The notes under the pieces: generated by a model | What the model was told of the DNA's origin: nothing | The model's input: only the letters and a program-made list of their open reading frames with translations | Database searches by the model: none | In this document: one piece after another, positions 40,357-50,003 of the stretch | Numbering within the stretch: position 1 is the first letter of the stretch | Layout of the letters: each line of letters starts with the position of its first letter | Program-made: the position numbers and the translations under genes | Assembly (NCBI GenBank): GCA_965223845.1 | Contig: CBDCXR010000004.1 | Coordinates: 3,328,001 to 3,392,000 of the forward strand | Origin: Planctomycetota bacterium | Lineage (GTDB): Bacteria > Planctomycetota > UBA8108 > SXIK01 | Direction of reading: 5' to 3' | Length of the DNA: 64,000 nt

Positions 40357-40411
40357 TTGAAAGTCCGACCAAGCGCGGAGCGCTTGGTCGGACTTTCAAT
40401 CAGATCTTTTT
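40350..40411 (+). terminator. 27-bp perfect stem-loop plus T5 tail overlapping the stop codon of the CxxC gene
   Basis: GATCTGATTGAAAGTCCGACCAAGCGC-GGA-GCGCTTGGTCGGACTTTCAATCAGATC-TTTTT. Confidence 0.65.
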
Positions 40412-40989
40412 AGGGGGCTTTCGCGAAGCCCCCTCGTCGCGGCGGAAAAGCCGCCGCGACTCACCCCGACGAGACCTCGCCTTCGGCTCGGGGGCGAACG
40501 GCTCGGGCGCGAGCGAGTCAGGCGCACATCCGCGCTTGGTCGGACTTTCAATCAGATCTTCTTAGGGGGCTTTCGCGAAGCCCCCTCGTCGCGGCGGAAA
40601 AGCCGCCGCGACTCACCCCGACGAGACCTCGCCTTCGGCTCGGGGGCGAACGGCTCGGGCGCGAGCGAGTCAGGCGCACATCCGCGCTTGGTCGGACTTT
40701 CAATCAGATCTTCTTAGGGGGCTTTCGCGAAGCCCCGCTTTCGCGAAGCCCCCTCGTCGCGGCGGAAAAGCCGCCGCGACTCACCCCAACGAGACCTCGC
40801 CTTCCGCTCGGGGGCGAACGGCTCGGGCGCGAGCGAGTCAGGCGCACATCCGCGCTTGGTCGGACTTTCAATCAGATCTTCCTAGGGGGCGTTCGCGAAG
40901 CCCCCTCGTCGCGGCGGAAATCCGCCGCGACTCACCCCGACGAGACCTCGCCTTCGGCTCGGGGGCGAACGGCTCGGGCGAGCCCGAGC
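40380..40989. repeat. Tandem array 2: 152-bp multi-hairpin unit, 4 copies
   Basis: Unit starts at 40380, 40532, 40684, 40852; third unit is 168 bp because of a 16-bp internal duplication GCTTTCGCGAAGCCCC; last copy truncated. Confidence 0.95.
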
Positions 40990-41741
40990 ACCCGCGGGTG
41001 TTCAGACCGCAGATCTCGTTCTTTCGAGGGCGCCGGGGAAAGTCCCCCCGACGCCCCCCCGAGGACTGAGGTGCGAGCGACGCCATCCGATGTCCTTCGT
41101 GCCTGTTCGATTCCCGGACCAGTTTCCTCACAGCCCCGTCAGACCGACGGGCTGCGGCCAGATCGGCTCACCGCGATGAGCCGTCGCGTGAGGCCTTGTG
41201 GGGCGAGACGCGAGAGATTCGCGCGCGCGGTTCCGTGATCAGGCTCGGCCGTGCGCGCTCTCCTCGAGCGACTTCACCGGTGGGCTCGAGCCGTTCCCCA
41301 CGCCCGGCGTCGGAAAACCCGACATCCCGCGCGGCAACATCAAGCCATCGACTCGCTGCTCGAGCGTGCGACCGCCGTCCCGAACGTGCAGGATCGGCGC
41401 CTACCGTCACTTACGAAAAAATGCTCGCTCGTGGCCCTTGGGTTGCATTCCTCGTTTCGCGACCGGCGAGGAGAAGTAAATCGCGCTGGTCACGATAACG
41501 ACCAAAGACCTCGTGCCTCCGGAGCCGCGCGCTCCTTGACCGGCCGGTCCTCACGCAACCGGCGAGAACGGGGAAGCCGAGGGTAGAAGGGTTTTGCGCG
41601 CCCGCGTTGACGGAGTCGGCCGGCGATTCATTTCGTCGGCCGACTTTTTTTTCGAGCGAGCCGCGCGCCGTCGAGCCCGCGAGTTCCCGACGGCCAGTCC
41701 GAGGCACGATCACGCCGGATCTCCTTCCCGGCCGCCCCGCG

Positions 41742-41778
41742 CACACCCCGATGTCGGATTCTCCGACATCGGGGTGTG
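41742..41778. other. 17-bp perfect inverted repeat upstream of glcD
   Basis: CACACCCCGATGTCGGA-TTC-TCCGACATCGGGGTGTG. Confidence 0.8.
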
Positions 41779-41896
41779 GACTCGCGGCGAGCGCACTGGC
41801 GTCCGTTCACGTAGAATGCGCTCCTCCGCCCCGCCCAATTCGGCGGACCCGCTTCGCGGCTCCGACCAACGAACCGAGGACGAGCGAGCCAGATCC

Positions 41897-43348
41897 GTGC
41901 CCAGTCGACCCGAGGCCCCTCGCCCCCCGTCGCCCTACGACGAGCTTCTCGAGTGGATTCCGGCGGACCGGCTCGTCGCCGATCCGGCGCTCCTTCGACT
42001 TTACGAGTGCGACGGGTTCCCCCTCCACAAAGAGCTCCCGCCCGTCGTCGTTCGCTGCGCGTCCCGCGACGACGTGGTCGCGGCGGTACGCTGGTCGAAC
42101 GATCGCGGCCTCCCGTTCGTCCCCCGAGGCGCCGGCACCGGCCTCAGCGGCGGCGCGACCCCGGTCCGCGAAGGAATCGTGCTCGACATGAACCTCATGC
42201 GGCGGGTGATCGAGGTCGATCCGGCGAACGGATTCGCCGTCGTCGAGCCCGGTGTCGTCAATCTGAACATCTCGCGCGCCGCCGCACCGGACGGTTGCCA
42301 CTACGCACCCGACCCGTCGAGCCAGAAGGCGTGCACGATCGGCGGCAACGTCGCCGAGAACGCCGGCGGCCCTCACTGCCTCAAGTACGGCATGACGACC
42401 GACCACATCCTCGGCCTTGAGGTCGTCTTTCCCGACGGCAGCATCGCTGAACTCGGCGGACCCACGGCCGGCGTCGACGGCTACGACCTCGTCGGACTCT
42501 TCGTTGGAACGGAAGGAACGTTCGGCGTCGTCACCAAGGTGACCGTTCGTCTCCTTCCGGCGGCTCCGAGCGTACGCACCTTTCTCGCGATCTTCGACTC
42601 GATGAACCTCGCTTGTCGGTCGGTCGCCGAGATCACACGCACCGGAATCGAACCTGCGGCGCTCGAGATCCTCGACCAGCTCACGATCCGTGCGGTCGAA
42701 GCCTCCGTCTACGCCGCGGGGTATCCGCAGGACGCGGCGGCCGTCCTCCTCATCGAGATCGACGGTTTCGAAGCGGGACTCGACGGCGACGAGCGGCGCG
42801 TCCGCGAGATCGTCGAGCGGCACCACGCGCTCGAGTTTCTCGTCGCGAAGGACGAAGCGGACCGGCAACGACTCTGGCGTGGCCGGAAGGGTGCCTTCGG
42901 CGCGCTCGGACGCATCAACACCGACCTCTATGTTCTCGACGGCGTCGTTCCGCGCACGCGCCTCGAGGCGGCGCTCGAGGAGATCTACGCAATCGCGGAT
43001 CGCCACCGGATCGTTCTCTCGAACGTCTTTCACGCCGGCGACGGGAATCTCCATCCGAATATCTCTTACGACGGCCGCGACCCCGACGAGCGCGAACGCG
43101 TCCTCGCTGCGGGCCGCGAGATTCTCGCCGCGTGTGTAAGGGAGGGCGGCACGATCTCTGGGGAGCACGGCGTAGGAGTCGAGAAGCTCGAGTTCATGCC
43201 GCTCGTTTTCTCCGAGTCGGACCTCGCGCTCCAGCGCGACCTCCGCGGCGCCGTCGATCCGAAGATGCGGTCGAATCCCGGGAAGATTTTCCCGGACACC
43301 CGGGGCTGCGTGGAAGTCGGACGGAACCAACGGACGGTCGCGTCGTGA
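41897..43348 (+). CDS. glcD: Glycolate oxidase FAD subunit GlcD-like
   Basis: YECDG, PRGAGTGLSGGA, YAPDPSSQ.ACTIGGNVAENAGGPHCLKYG, NVFHAGDGNLHP, GEHGVG.EK, NPGK; start could be 41816. Confidence 0.9.
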   Translation: MPSRPEAPRPPSPYDELLEWIPADRLVADPALLRLYECDGFPLHKELPPVVVRCASRDDVVAAVRWSNDRGLPFVPRGAGTGLSGGATPVREGIVLDMNLMRRVIEVDPANGFAVVEPGVVNLNISRAAAPDGCHYAPDPSSQKACTIGGNVAENAGGPHCLKYGMTTDHILGLEVVFPDGSIAELGGPTAGVDGYDLVGLFVGTEGTFGVVTKVTVRLLPAAPSVRTFLAIFDSMNLACRSVAEITRTGIEPAALEILDQLTIRAVEASVYAAGYPQDAAAVLLIEIDGFEAGLDGDERRVREIVERHHALEFLVAKDEADRQRLWRGRKGAFGALGRINTDLYVLDGVVPRTRLEAALEEIYAIADRHRIVLSNVFHAGDGNLHPNISYDGRDPDERERVLAAGREILAACVREGGTISGEHGVGVEKLEFMPLVFSESDLALQRDLRGAVDPKMRSNPGKIFPDTRGCVEVGRNQRTVAS

Positions 43349-44748
43349 ACACCGAGAAGAGGACTCCTGCGCCTACGCGCGCGGCGAGCGAGCTCGAGCG
43401 ATCGTTCTACCGCGCGGACGCGGCGCTCACGCCGAGCTCGCTCGACGACCTGATCGAGATCGTCGCCGACGCCCAGAGTGCGGGGCGCACCATCATCCCC
43501 TGCGGTACGGGCACGCGCGCGTACCTCGGACGCGCGCCCTCGGACCGAGTCACGCTCGTGTCGACGGCCGCGATGCGCGAGGTCGCACAGTACCGCCCGG
43601 ACGATTTCACGCTCGGCGTCGAGGCTGGTGTCCCCCTCGCGGAAGTGAAGGCGATGCTCGAGGAAAACCGCCAGGAGATCCCGGTCGACACCGACTGGAC
43701 ATCCGGCACGGTCGGCGGCTGGGTCGGGTCGAATGACGCCGGGCCCCGGGCGCGAAGCTGCGGCACGCTGCGCAACTTCGTCATCGGAATGGAAGGGCTC
43801 CGCGGCGGCGACCCGCCGAGCTCGTTTCGATCGGGCGGAATGGTCGTCAAAAACGTCGCCGGCTACGACGTCGCGAAGTTCCTCATCGGTTCGCTGGGGA
43901 CGGCGGGAATCGTTCTGCGCATCAATTTCAAGCTGCGCGCGATTCCTCCCGCGCGCCGCCTCTGGGTCGCGCCGTGCGCCGAGCTCGCATCGGCGTCGAA
44001 GTGCGCCGAAGCGATTCGCGACGCGCGCTTAGAGAGCGCGTTCGTGACGATCGTCGACGGACCGGCGAGCGGACGGCTCGGAGCCGCGGTCGGCGCGGAG
44101 CTCCCACTCGGCCCGCTCGCCCTCTGGTCGTTCGAAGGGAACGAGGACGTCGTCGCTTGGAAGGGACGGGAATCCGAGCGCGTCGCCCGGGAAGCGGGTG
44201 CCGAATCGCCCCTCGAATTCGACGACGCCGCGCGCCGTCGCGCGGTCGAGTTTCTCTGCCGCTCGACGAGGCCGCGAGTGCTCGTGCAGAGCGACCTCGA
44301 CGCCGAGGCCGAGGGATTGACGACGCTTCGCGTCCTTCCGACGAGGGCGCCGAGCGTCTCGCGAGCCGCGGCCGAGATCGTCGGACGGACGAACGAGCTC
44401 GATGTCGCTGTCGTCGACGCACTCGACGGAGCGATCCATCTGCGCTGGAACGCGGGCGACGTCCGGCGCCCGCTCGCGGCGCTCCGAGACCTCACCGCAG
44501 AAGAGCGCGGTTCTGGACGCGTGACCTACCTCCCGCCGGCGTTTCGATCGGAGTGGCCTTCGGCCCTCACCGAGAATCGGGCGAGCGCGATTTGGGCCGG
44601 GCGGCTCCGCCGCGCGTTCGATCCGCTCGGCGTGTTTTCGGCGGATCGCCTTCTCGCGACCGGAGCGGAGGCTGCGCCGCGATCCACGGCGAGCACGGTT
44701 CCGGGAGAAGCGAAGGAACCAGGGAGCGATGGAGGACCGTCGCCATGA
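43345..44748 (+). CDS. glcE: Glycolate oxidase subunit GlcE-like
   Basis: GTGA overlap with glcD; GTVGG, GG.VVKNVAGYD..K..IGSLGT.G, AFDP.G. Confidence 0.85.
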   Translation: MNTEKRTPAPTRAASELERSFYRADAALTPSSLDDLIEIVADAQSAGRTIIPCGTGTRAYLGRAPSDRVTLVSTAAMREVAQYRPDDFTLGVEAGVPLAEVKAMLEENRQEIPVDTDWTSGTVGGWVGSNDAGPRARSCGTLRNFVIGMEGLRGGDPPSSFRSGGMVVKNVAGYDVAKFLIGSLGTAGIVLRINFKLRAIPPARRLWVAPCAELASASKCAEAIRDARLESAFVTIVDGPASGRLGAAVGAELPLGPLALWSFEGNEDVVAWKGRESERVAREAGAESPLEFDDAARRRAVEFLCRSTRPRVLVQSDLDAEAEGLTTLRVLPTRAPSVSRAAAEIVGRTNELDVAVVDALDGAIHLRWNAGDVRRPLAALRDLTAEERGSGRVTYLPPAFRSEWPSALTENRASAIWAGRLRRAFDPLGVFSADRLLATGAEAAPRSTASTVPGEAKEPGSDGGPSP

Positions 44749-46031
44749 CGATCTCCGACGAGCGGACCGCCGAATTCCGGGCGCGCTTCGACGACTACAC
44801 CCGCACCCTCGACTGCGTGCACTGTGGACTGTGCGTCCCGCACTGTCCGACCTACGAAGCGACTCTTCACGAGGCGGACTCGCCGCGGGGACGGATCTAT
44901 CTCATGCGTCAGTTCGCCGAAGGCGCACTCTCGCTGAGTCCTCTCGCCGGCGAGCATCTCGACCGCTGCATCGTTTGTCGCGCGTGCGAGACGGCGTGTC
45001 CCTCGGGCGTCCGCATGGGCGATCTCATGGAATCGTTTCGCGCTCTCCAGCGGCTCGAGACACCTGCCCGCGGCGTTCGAGCCGGTCTCGGCCGCTGGTT
45101 CCTCCGTCGAGTCCTCCCCCACCGCCGGCGAATCGCCGCGTTTACGGATCTCGTCTATGCGGCGCAACTCTGCCGCTTCGATCGCGTGGCGCGCTGGCTC
45201 GACCGCGTTCTCTGTCGCGGTCGCTTTGCGTCCGTCGTCGGACTCTGGCCGCCGATCCCTCCGTTGAGCGAGCGCCGTCTTCCGACGGACGCGGATCGCC
45301 CCGAAGGGTTTCCCGCCCACGGGACAGCTCGGATGCGCGTCGGCCTCTTTCTCGGGTGCATCGCATCGGAATGGTTCGCGCACGTCCACCGCGCGACCGT
45401 ACGCGTTCTCCAAAAGAACGGCTGCGATGTCGTCCTTCCCGCCGCGCAAACCTGCTGCGGCGCGCTCCACCGCCACGCCGGGCTTCGCGCGGAAAGTGTG
45501 CCGCTCTGGGAGCAGAACGCCCGCGCCTTCGCTGCGGCCGGAGTGGACGCGATCGTCGTGAACGCGGCCGGCTGCGGCGCGGCGCTCAAGGAGGCACCGC
45601 CTGAATCGACCCGCGGAAGCCTTCCGGTGCGCGACGTTTGTGAGCTCCTCGACGAAATCGGACTGATTCCTCCGACGGAGCGGGTCGAGCGCACCGTCGC
45701 GTACGATCAACCCTGCCACCTCGTTCACGGCCAACGCATCGGGAAGGCTGTCGTCGAAGGTCTACTCGCCGAGATTCCGGGCCTGCGGCTCGTCGACTTG
45801 CCCGGGAGCGAGGACTGCTGCGGCAGCGGCGGTGTGTACAACCTCGCCCAGCGCGAGCTCGCGGCGGCGATCGGCGCGAAGAAAGCCGCGGCGATTCGCG
45901 CGAGCGGTGCCGAAACGATCGCGACCGGGAATCCCGGCTGCTCGCTTCAAATCCGCGCCGCGCTGGGGGACGGGGCGATCGAAGTGGTCCACCCGATCGA
46001 GCTCCTCGATCGCGCGTACGGCGATCGCTAG
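44745..46031 (+). CDS. glcF: Glycolate oxidase Fe-S subunit GlcF-like
   Basis: ATGA overlap; CVHCGLCVPHCPTY, E.DSPRGRI, CIVCRACETACPSGV, two CCG domains. Confidence 0.9.
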   Translation: MTISDERTAEFRARFDDYTRTLDCVHCGLCVPHCPTYEATLHEADSPRGRIYLMRQFAEGALSLSPLAGEHLDRCIVCRACETACPSGVRMGDLMESFRALQRLETPARGVRAGLGRWFLRRVLPHRRRIAAFTDLVYAAQLCRFDRVARWLDRVLCRGRFASVVGLWPPIPPLSERRLPTDADRPEGFPAHGTARMRVGLFLGCIASEWFAHVHRATVRVLQKNGCDVVLPAAQTCCGALHRHAGLRAESVPLWEQNARAFAAAGVDAIVVNAAGCGAALKEAPPESTRGSLPVRDVCELLDEIGLIPPTERVERTVAYDQPCHLVHGQRIGKAVVEGLLAEIPGLRLVDLPGSEDCCGSGGVYNLAQRELAAAIGAKKAAAIRASGAETIATGNPGCSLQIRAALGDGAIEVVHPIELLDRAYGDR

Positions 46032-47035
46032 AGCAAAAGTCCGCACGCGAAGCGAGGCGATGCGACGAAACCGAAGCGAACTCGTCGACTTCGTGACAAA
46101 ACCAGGAGAGGCGGCGCTACCGTCGTTCCGCTCGTCCGAGTGACGACGGACTCCGTCTCAACGTCTGAACGCTGAGCGCGAAGGTGCGAACCACCACGCG
46201 CACCCGCGCTCGTGCCCGAACGGCTCGGCTTGTGTCGCCACGCTCCACTCGCGACCACCGAACTCCGTCCGTGTGCGCGCGGAGTCCTTCCGCGCACACC
46301 GGCAAGAGTCATCGCGCTCACACTCTCCCGGTCGATTCCTACCCGTAACCCAGATTCCCGCCGGCACTCAACAAGAGCACGGTCCGTGCGGCGCCACCTC
46401 CCTGTCCATTCACGCCTCGCGGCGACTCGCCGCTTCGCTCGCCGAACCCGGTGAGAGGTCCGGGTTGAGCGCCCCTTCGACTCGGAGTCCTTCACTCCGC
46501 GATCCCATCGCGCAGAGAACGAACGGCGACAACCGGCAGCGCGTCGCTCCCGGCAGCGCGCGTATCAGCTTCCCTGTCGCTCCGACCTCGCTCCGATCCC
46601 CGCACCCGAACACGGAAGATCAGCGGTCTCGGAAGATTCGGACGGAGAAAGACCCGACTCGCAGACGACGTCTGAAGCCCACCCTTGTGCGAAGACCCGC
46701 GCGCGCTCGCAACGTCGTCGAGATCGCGTTTTAACGCGGCCTCTTGGTCCGGTCAATACGTGAGGCGGTTACGGCTCCGAACGCCGTTTTCGACCGAAGG
46801 GTGCAAGGGTTTTTTTGCTACGATTTGATCCTCGTTCCTTCCGTTTCACGCTCGGTGAGGGCTCGGCGGGTCGTCGCCGCTCCTTCCGACCGAACCGCCT
46901 CGCGGTATACTGTCGCGCCCGTCGTCGTGCCGCGCGCCGAGTTCCGGTCGCGCTCGTCACGCGGTTGCGCTGTAGCTCCTCTCGATCCACGCGGAGAGCA
47001 CGGCGTTTTCGCCCGTTCGGCTCGAGGCTCTCCGT

Positions 47036-48673
47036 ATGGCTCAGCGTTCTTCCCACCGCGGACTCGTCGTCGCGCCGCAGGCCGAAGCGGCCCGCGCGGG
47101 AGCACGCGTCCTCGAGGACGGCGGAACCGCGGCCGACGCGGCGGTGACGGCCGCGCTCGTCCAGGGTGCGGTCGACCCGCATCGCTGCGGGATCGGCGGC
47201 TTCGGATGCGCGACTCTCCACCGGAACAAGGCCGGAAAGACCGAGTGCTACGGTTTCCACGGACGCGCGGGGAGCCGCGCGCGGGAAGATCAGTGGACGT
47301 CGATCTTCCGCTCGGTCGCCCCGGACGGCTTCGGCTTCGTCGTCGACGGCAAGGTGAACGACGTCGGCTACCAGGCGATCACCGTTCCCGGAGTCGTCGC
47401 CGGCCTCGCGGCGATCCACGGCGCGGCGGGCCGAATGCCGTGGCGAGAGCTCGTCCTCCGCGCCGTTCCGTACGCCGAGGACGGCTTCCTCGTCACGAAG
47501 TCGCTCCACGAGTTTTGGCGGCGGCCCGGACTGTTCGATCGAGTGAGCACCGCGCAGCGGCTCGGTCTTACCAGCGCAGGGAAGAAGGTCGCGTTGAAGA
47601 ACGGCGAGCCGTACAAGGCCGGCGAAGTCTTCCGTCAACCCGAGCTAGCCCGCACCTACCGGCGCCTCGCTGAAGAGGGCGCGGAGAGCTTTTACCGTGG
47701 CGCTTTAGCGGACGAGATTGCGCGGGACTGGGATGCGAACGGGGCACTCGTCACCTCGGACGACCTCCGCGACTACTCGGTCGAGATCGAGCCTCCCGTC
47801 GCCCGCACCTACCGCGGCGCAGAGGTCCGCAGCTCGCCGCTTCCCGGCGGGGGCGTCGCGCTCCTTCAGACGCTCGCGCGCTTTGAAGCGATCGAATTCG
47901 ACCGCCTCCGTCGGGGCGGGAGCGAGTTCGTCGACGCCGTTGCAACGGTGCTCCACGCGGTGTCGGCGGACCGCCTCGAGAATCACGGCGACCCGCGGTT
48001 CGAAGGGAAGTCCGCGGAGGAACTGCTCGCGCCGGAGTGGATCGCTCGATTGGGCGCAACGACGACCGAATCGACGCCGGCGGGCGCAGACAGCCCGGAC
48101 ACGACTCAGCTCACCATCGTGGACGCCGAGAACAACGCCGTCGCATTCTCCCATTCGCTCGGATACGGCTCGGGAGTGTTCACGCCGGGTCTCGGCTTCA
48201 TGTTCAACAACTGCATGAGCGCGTTCGATCCTCGTCCGGGAAAACGCAACTCGATCGCCCCGGGAAAGGCGCGCTCGACGGCGGTCGCCGAGACGATCGT
48301 GCTTCGGGACGGAACGCCCATCCTCGCGCTCGGTTCGCCCGGCGCGGCGCGCATCACGGCCGCGCTCGCGCTCGTGATCGTGGACGTTCTCGATTACGGT
48401 AGGAACATCGCGGAGGCCGTCATCCAGCCGCGTTTCGACTCGTTCGGGGAACGGCGGCTGTTGCTCGAGTCGCGGATTCCACTCACGGTAGCGGACGAGC
48501 TTCGCGGCCGCGGCTGGAACGTAGAGCACCGCGAGATTTCCTTCGGAGTCGTAGGGCGAGTCTACGCGATCGAGTGGGACCGCCGCGGGGACGGCGAGCG
48601 ACTCGTCGCGGGAGTCGATCCGGGTGAACCGGGCGACGCCGGTTGGCCGGTCGAGCGTCCCACGGGGGGATAG
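47036..48673 (+). CDS. ggt: Gamma-glutamyltransferase family protein
   Basis: GG.AADAAV, GIGG.G, VPG.VAGL, autocleavage DTTQLTIVD, FNN.M..F, LGSPG..RI. Confidence 0.88.
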   Translation: MAQRSSHRGLVVAPQAEAARAGARVLEDGGTAADAAVTAALVQGAVDPHRCGIGGFGCATLHRNKAGKTECYGFHGRAGSRAREDQWTSIFRSVAPDGFGFVVDGKVNDVGYQAITVPGVVAGLAAIHGAAGRMPWRELVLRAVPYAEDGFLVTKSLHEFWRRPGLFDRVSTAQRLGLTSAGKKVALKNGEPYKAGEVFRQPELARTYRRLAEEGAESFYRGALADEIARDWDANGALVTSDDLRDYSVEIEPPVARTYRGAEVRSSPLPGGGVALLQTLARFEAIEFDRLRRGGSEFVDAVATVLHAVSADRLENHGDPRFEGKSAEELLAPEWIARLGATTTESTPAGADSPDTTQLTIVDAENNAVAFSHSLGYGSGVFTPGLGFMFNNCMSAFDPRPGKRNSIAPGKARSTAVAETIVLRDGTPILALGSPGAARITAALALVIVDVLDYGRNIAEAVIQPRFDSFGERRLLLESRIPLTVADELRGRGWNVEHREISFGVVGRVYAIEWDRRGDGERLVAGVDPGEPGDAGWPVERPTGG

Positions 48674-48752
48674 AGTCACACGCCCCCTGAGAGCGAGACA
48701 CTCACGCAAAGACCGCGAACGACGCGAAGCGAAGCGGTAGCTAGGAGAACAC

Positions 48753-50003
48753 GTGATCGCAGACGTCGCCGTCTTGGGGGCCGGGCCCGCCGGAATCGAA
48801 GCCGCGCTCTACGCATACAAGCTCGGTCTGTCGGTCGTTCTTCTCGAGGCCGGCGAGCGACCCGGCACGAACATCGAGCGCTGGGGCTTCGTACGGCTGT
48901 TCACGCCGTGGAAACTGCTCGTCTCTCCGCTCGGGCAGTCGATCCTCCGGCGACGCGGACTAGCGGCGCCGGAGCCCGAATCGTTTCCGACGGGGCGCGA
49001 ATACATCGCGACGTACCTCGCGCCTCTCGCCGACGAGCTCGGTGATTCGCTCCGTATCCGGTCCGCCGTCGTCGGTGTGGGGAGAGTCGGTCTCCTCAAG
49101 ATGGAGAACATCGGCGGACGGAGACGGAGAGAGGCGCCGTTTCGCATCCTCGTTCGCTCGGCGAGCGGCGAGGACGAGGTCCGCGCGCGCGCGGTCATCG
49201 ACGCGACCGGAGTGTTCGCGACGCCGAACGCGCTCGGGGACGGAGGTGTCGCCGCTCGGGGAGAGCAGGCGAACGCCGATCGCATCGAATATCACGTCGC
49301 GGATCTTCGCGGTGAGGATCGAGCGCGCTTCGCGAATCGCTCGACCCTCCTCGTCGGCTCCGGGTACAGCGCCGCGACGATGCTCGTCGACCTCATCGAT
49401 CTCCGGGATTCCGCGGGCGAAACGTCGGTGATCTGGGCGCGCCGATCGTCGGGCCCCGCGCCGTTTCCGCTTTACGAGAACGACCCGCTGCCCGAGCGAG
49501 ACGCACTCGGTCGCCGCGCGAACATCGTCGCTGCCGATCCGCCGGAGGGTTGCCGCGTTCTCCCGGGCGTCGCCGTGGAAGAGGTCGCGCGCACGGAGGA
49601 CGATCGGCTCGCCGTCTCTCTCGTCCCGGTCGACGGCGGGGGCGCGCCGGAGACCGTCGTCGTCGATCGCATCCTCGCGAACGTCGGCTACCACCCGAAC
49701 GTCGACCTCTTTCGCGAGCTGCAAGTCCATCAGTGCTACGCGTCCGAGGGTCCGATGAACCTCGCCGCAGCCCTGTTCGCGGCGGCCGGAGGTAGCTCGG
49801 ACTGTCTCTCTCAGCGAGGACACGGCAGCGACGCACTTCGGAATCCCGAGCCGAACTTCTTTATCATCGGCCAGAAGAGCTACGGGCGAAGGAACGACTA
49901 CCTCCTTCAAGTCGCGTGGGAACAGATCCGGGACGTCTTTCGTTGTCTTCGAGACGATCCGGAACTCGACCTCTACCGCTCGCAAGAGACGACACCATCG
50001 TGA
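48753..50003 (+). CDS. FAD-dependent oxidoreductase (family often found in ars gene clusters)
   Basis: GAGPAG Rossmann, WG.VRLFTPW, PTG.EY...YL.PL, VIDATG, VGSGYSAA, ANVGY.P, PEPNFFIIG.KSYGR; AGGAG RBS. Confidence 0.8.
   Translation: MIADVAVLGAGPAGIEAALYAYKLGLSVVLLEAGERPGTNIERWGFVRLFTPWKLLVSPLGQSILRRRGLAAPEPESFPTGREYIATYLAPLADELGDSLRIRSAVVGVGRVGLLKMENIGGRRRREAPFRILVRSASGEDEVRARAVIDATGVFATPNALGDGGVAARGEQANADRIEYHVADLRGEDRARFANRSTLLVGSGYSAATMLVDLIDLRDSAGETSVIWARRSSGPAPFPLYENDPLPERDALGRRANIVAADPPEGCRVLPGVAVEEVARTEDDRLAVSLVPVDGGGAPETVVVDRILANVGYHPNVDLFRELQVHQCYASEGPMNLAAALFAAAGGSSDCLSQRGHGSDALRNPEPNFFIIGQKSYGRRNDYLLQVAWEQIRDVFRCLRDDPELDLYRSQETTPS

Noticed and set aside
41030-41125. GGGGAAAGTCC (RNase P-like) and GTTCGATTCCC (tRNA T-loop-like) motifs
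   Set aside because: No T-stem or acceptor-stem pairing, and no other RNase P conserved regions
42613-43344. N-terminal extensions of the track ORFs for glcE, glcF, the rSAM, bamA, proC and lexA
   Set aside because: They overlap upstream genes or are non-protein-like; coupled starts (GTGA/ATGA overlaps) or family N-termini give shorter genes
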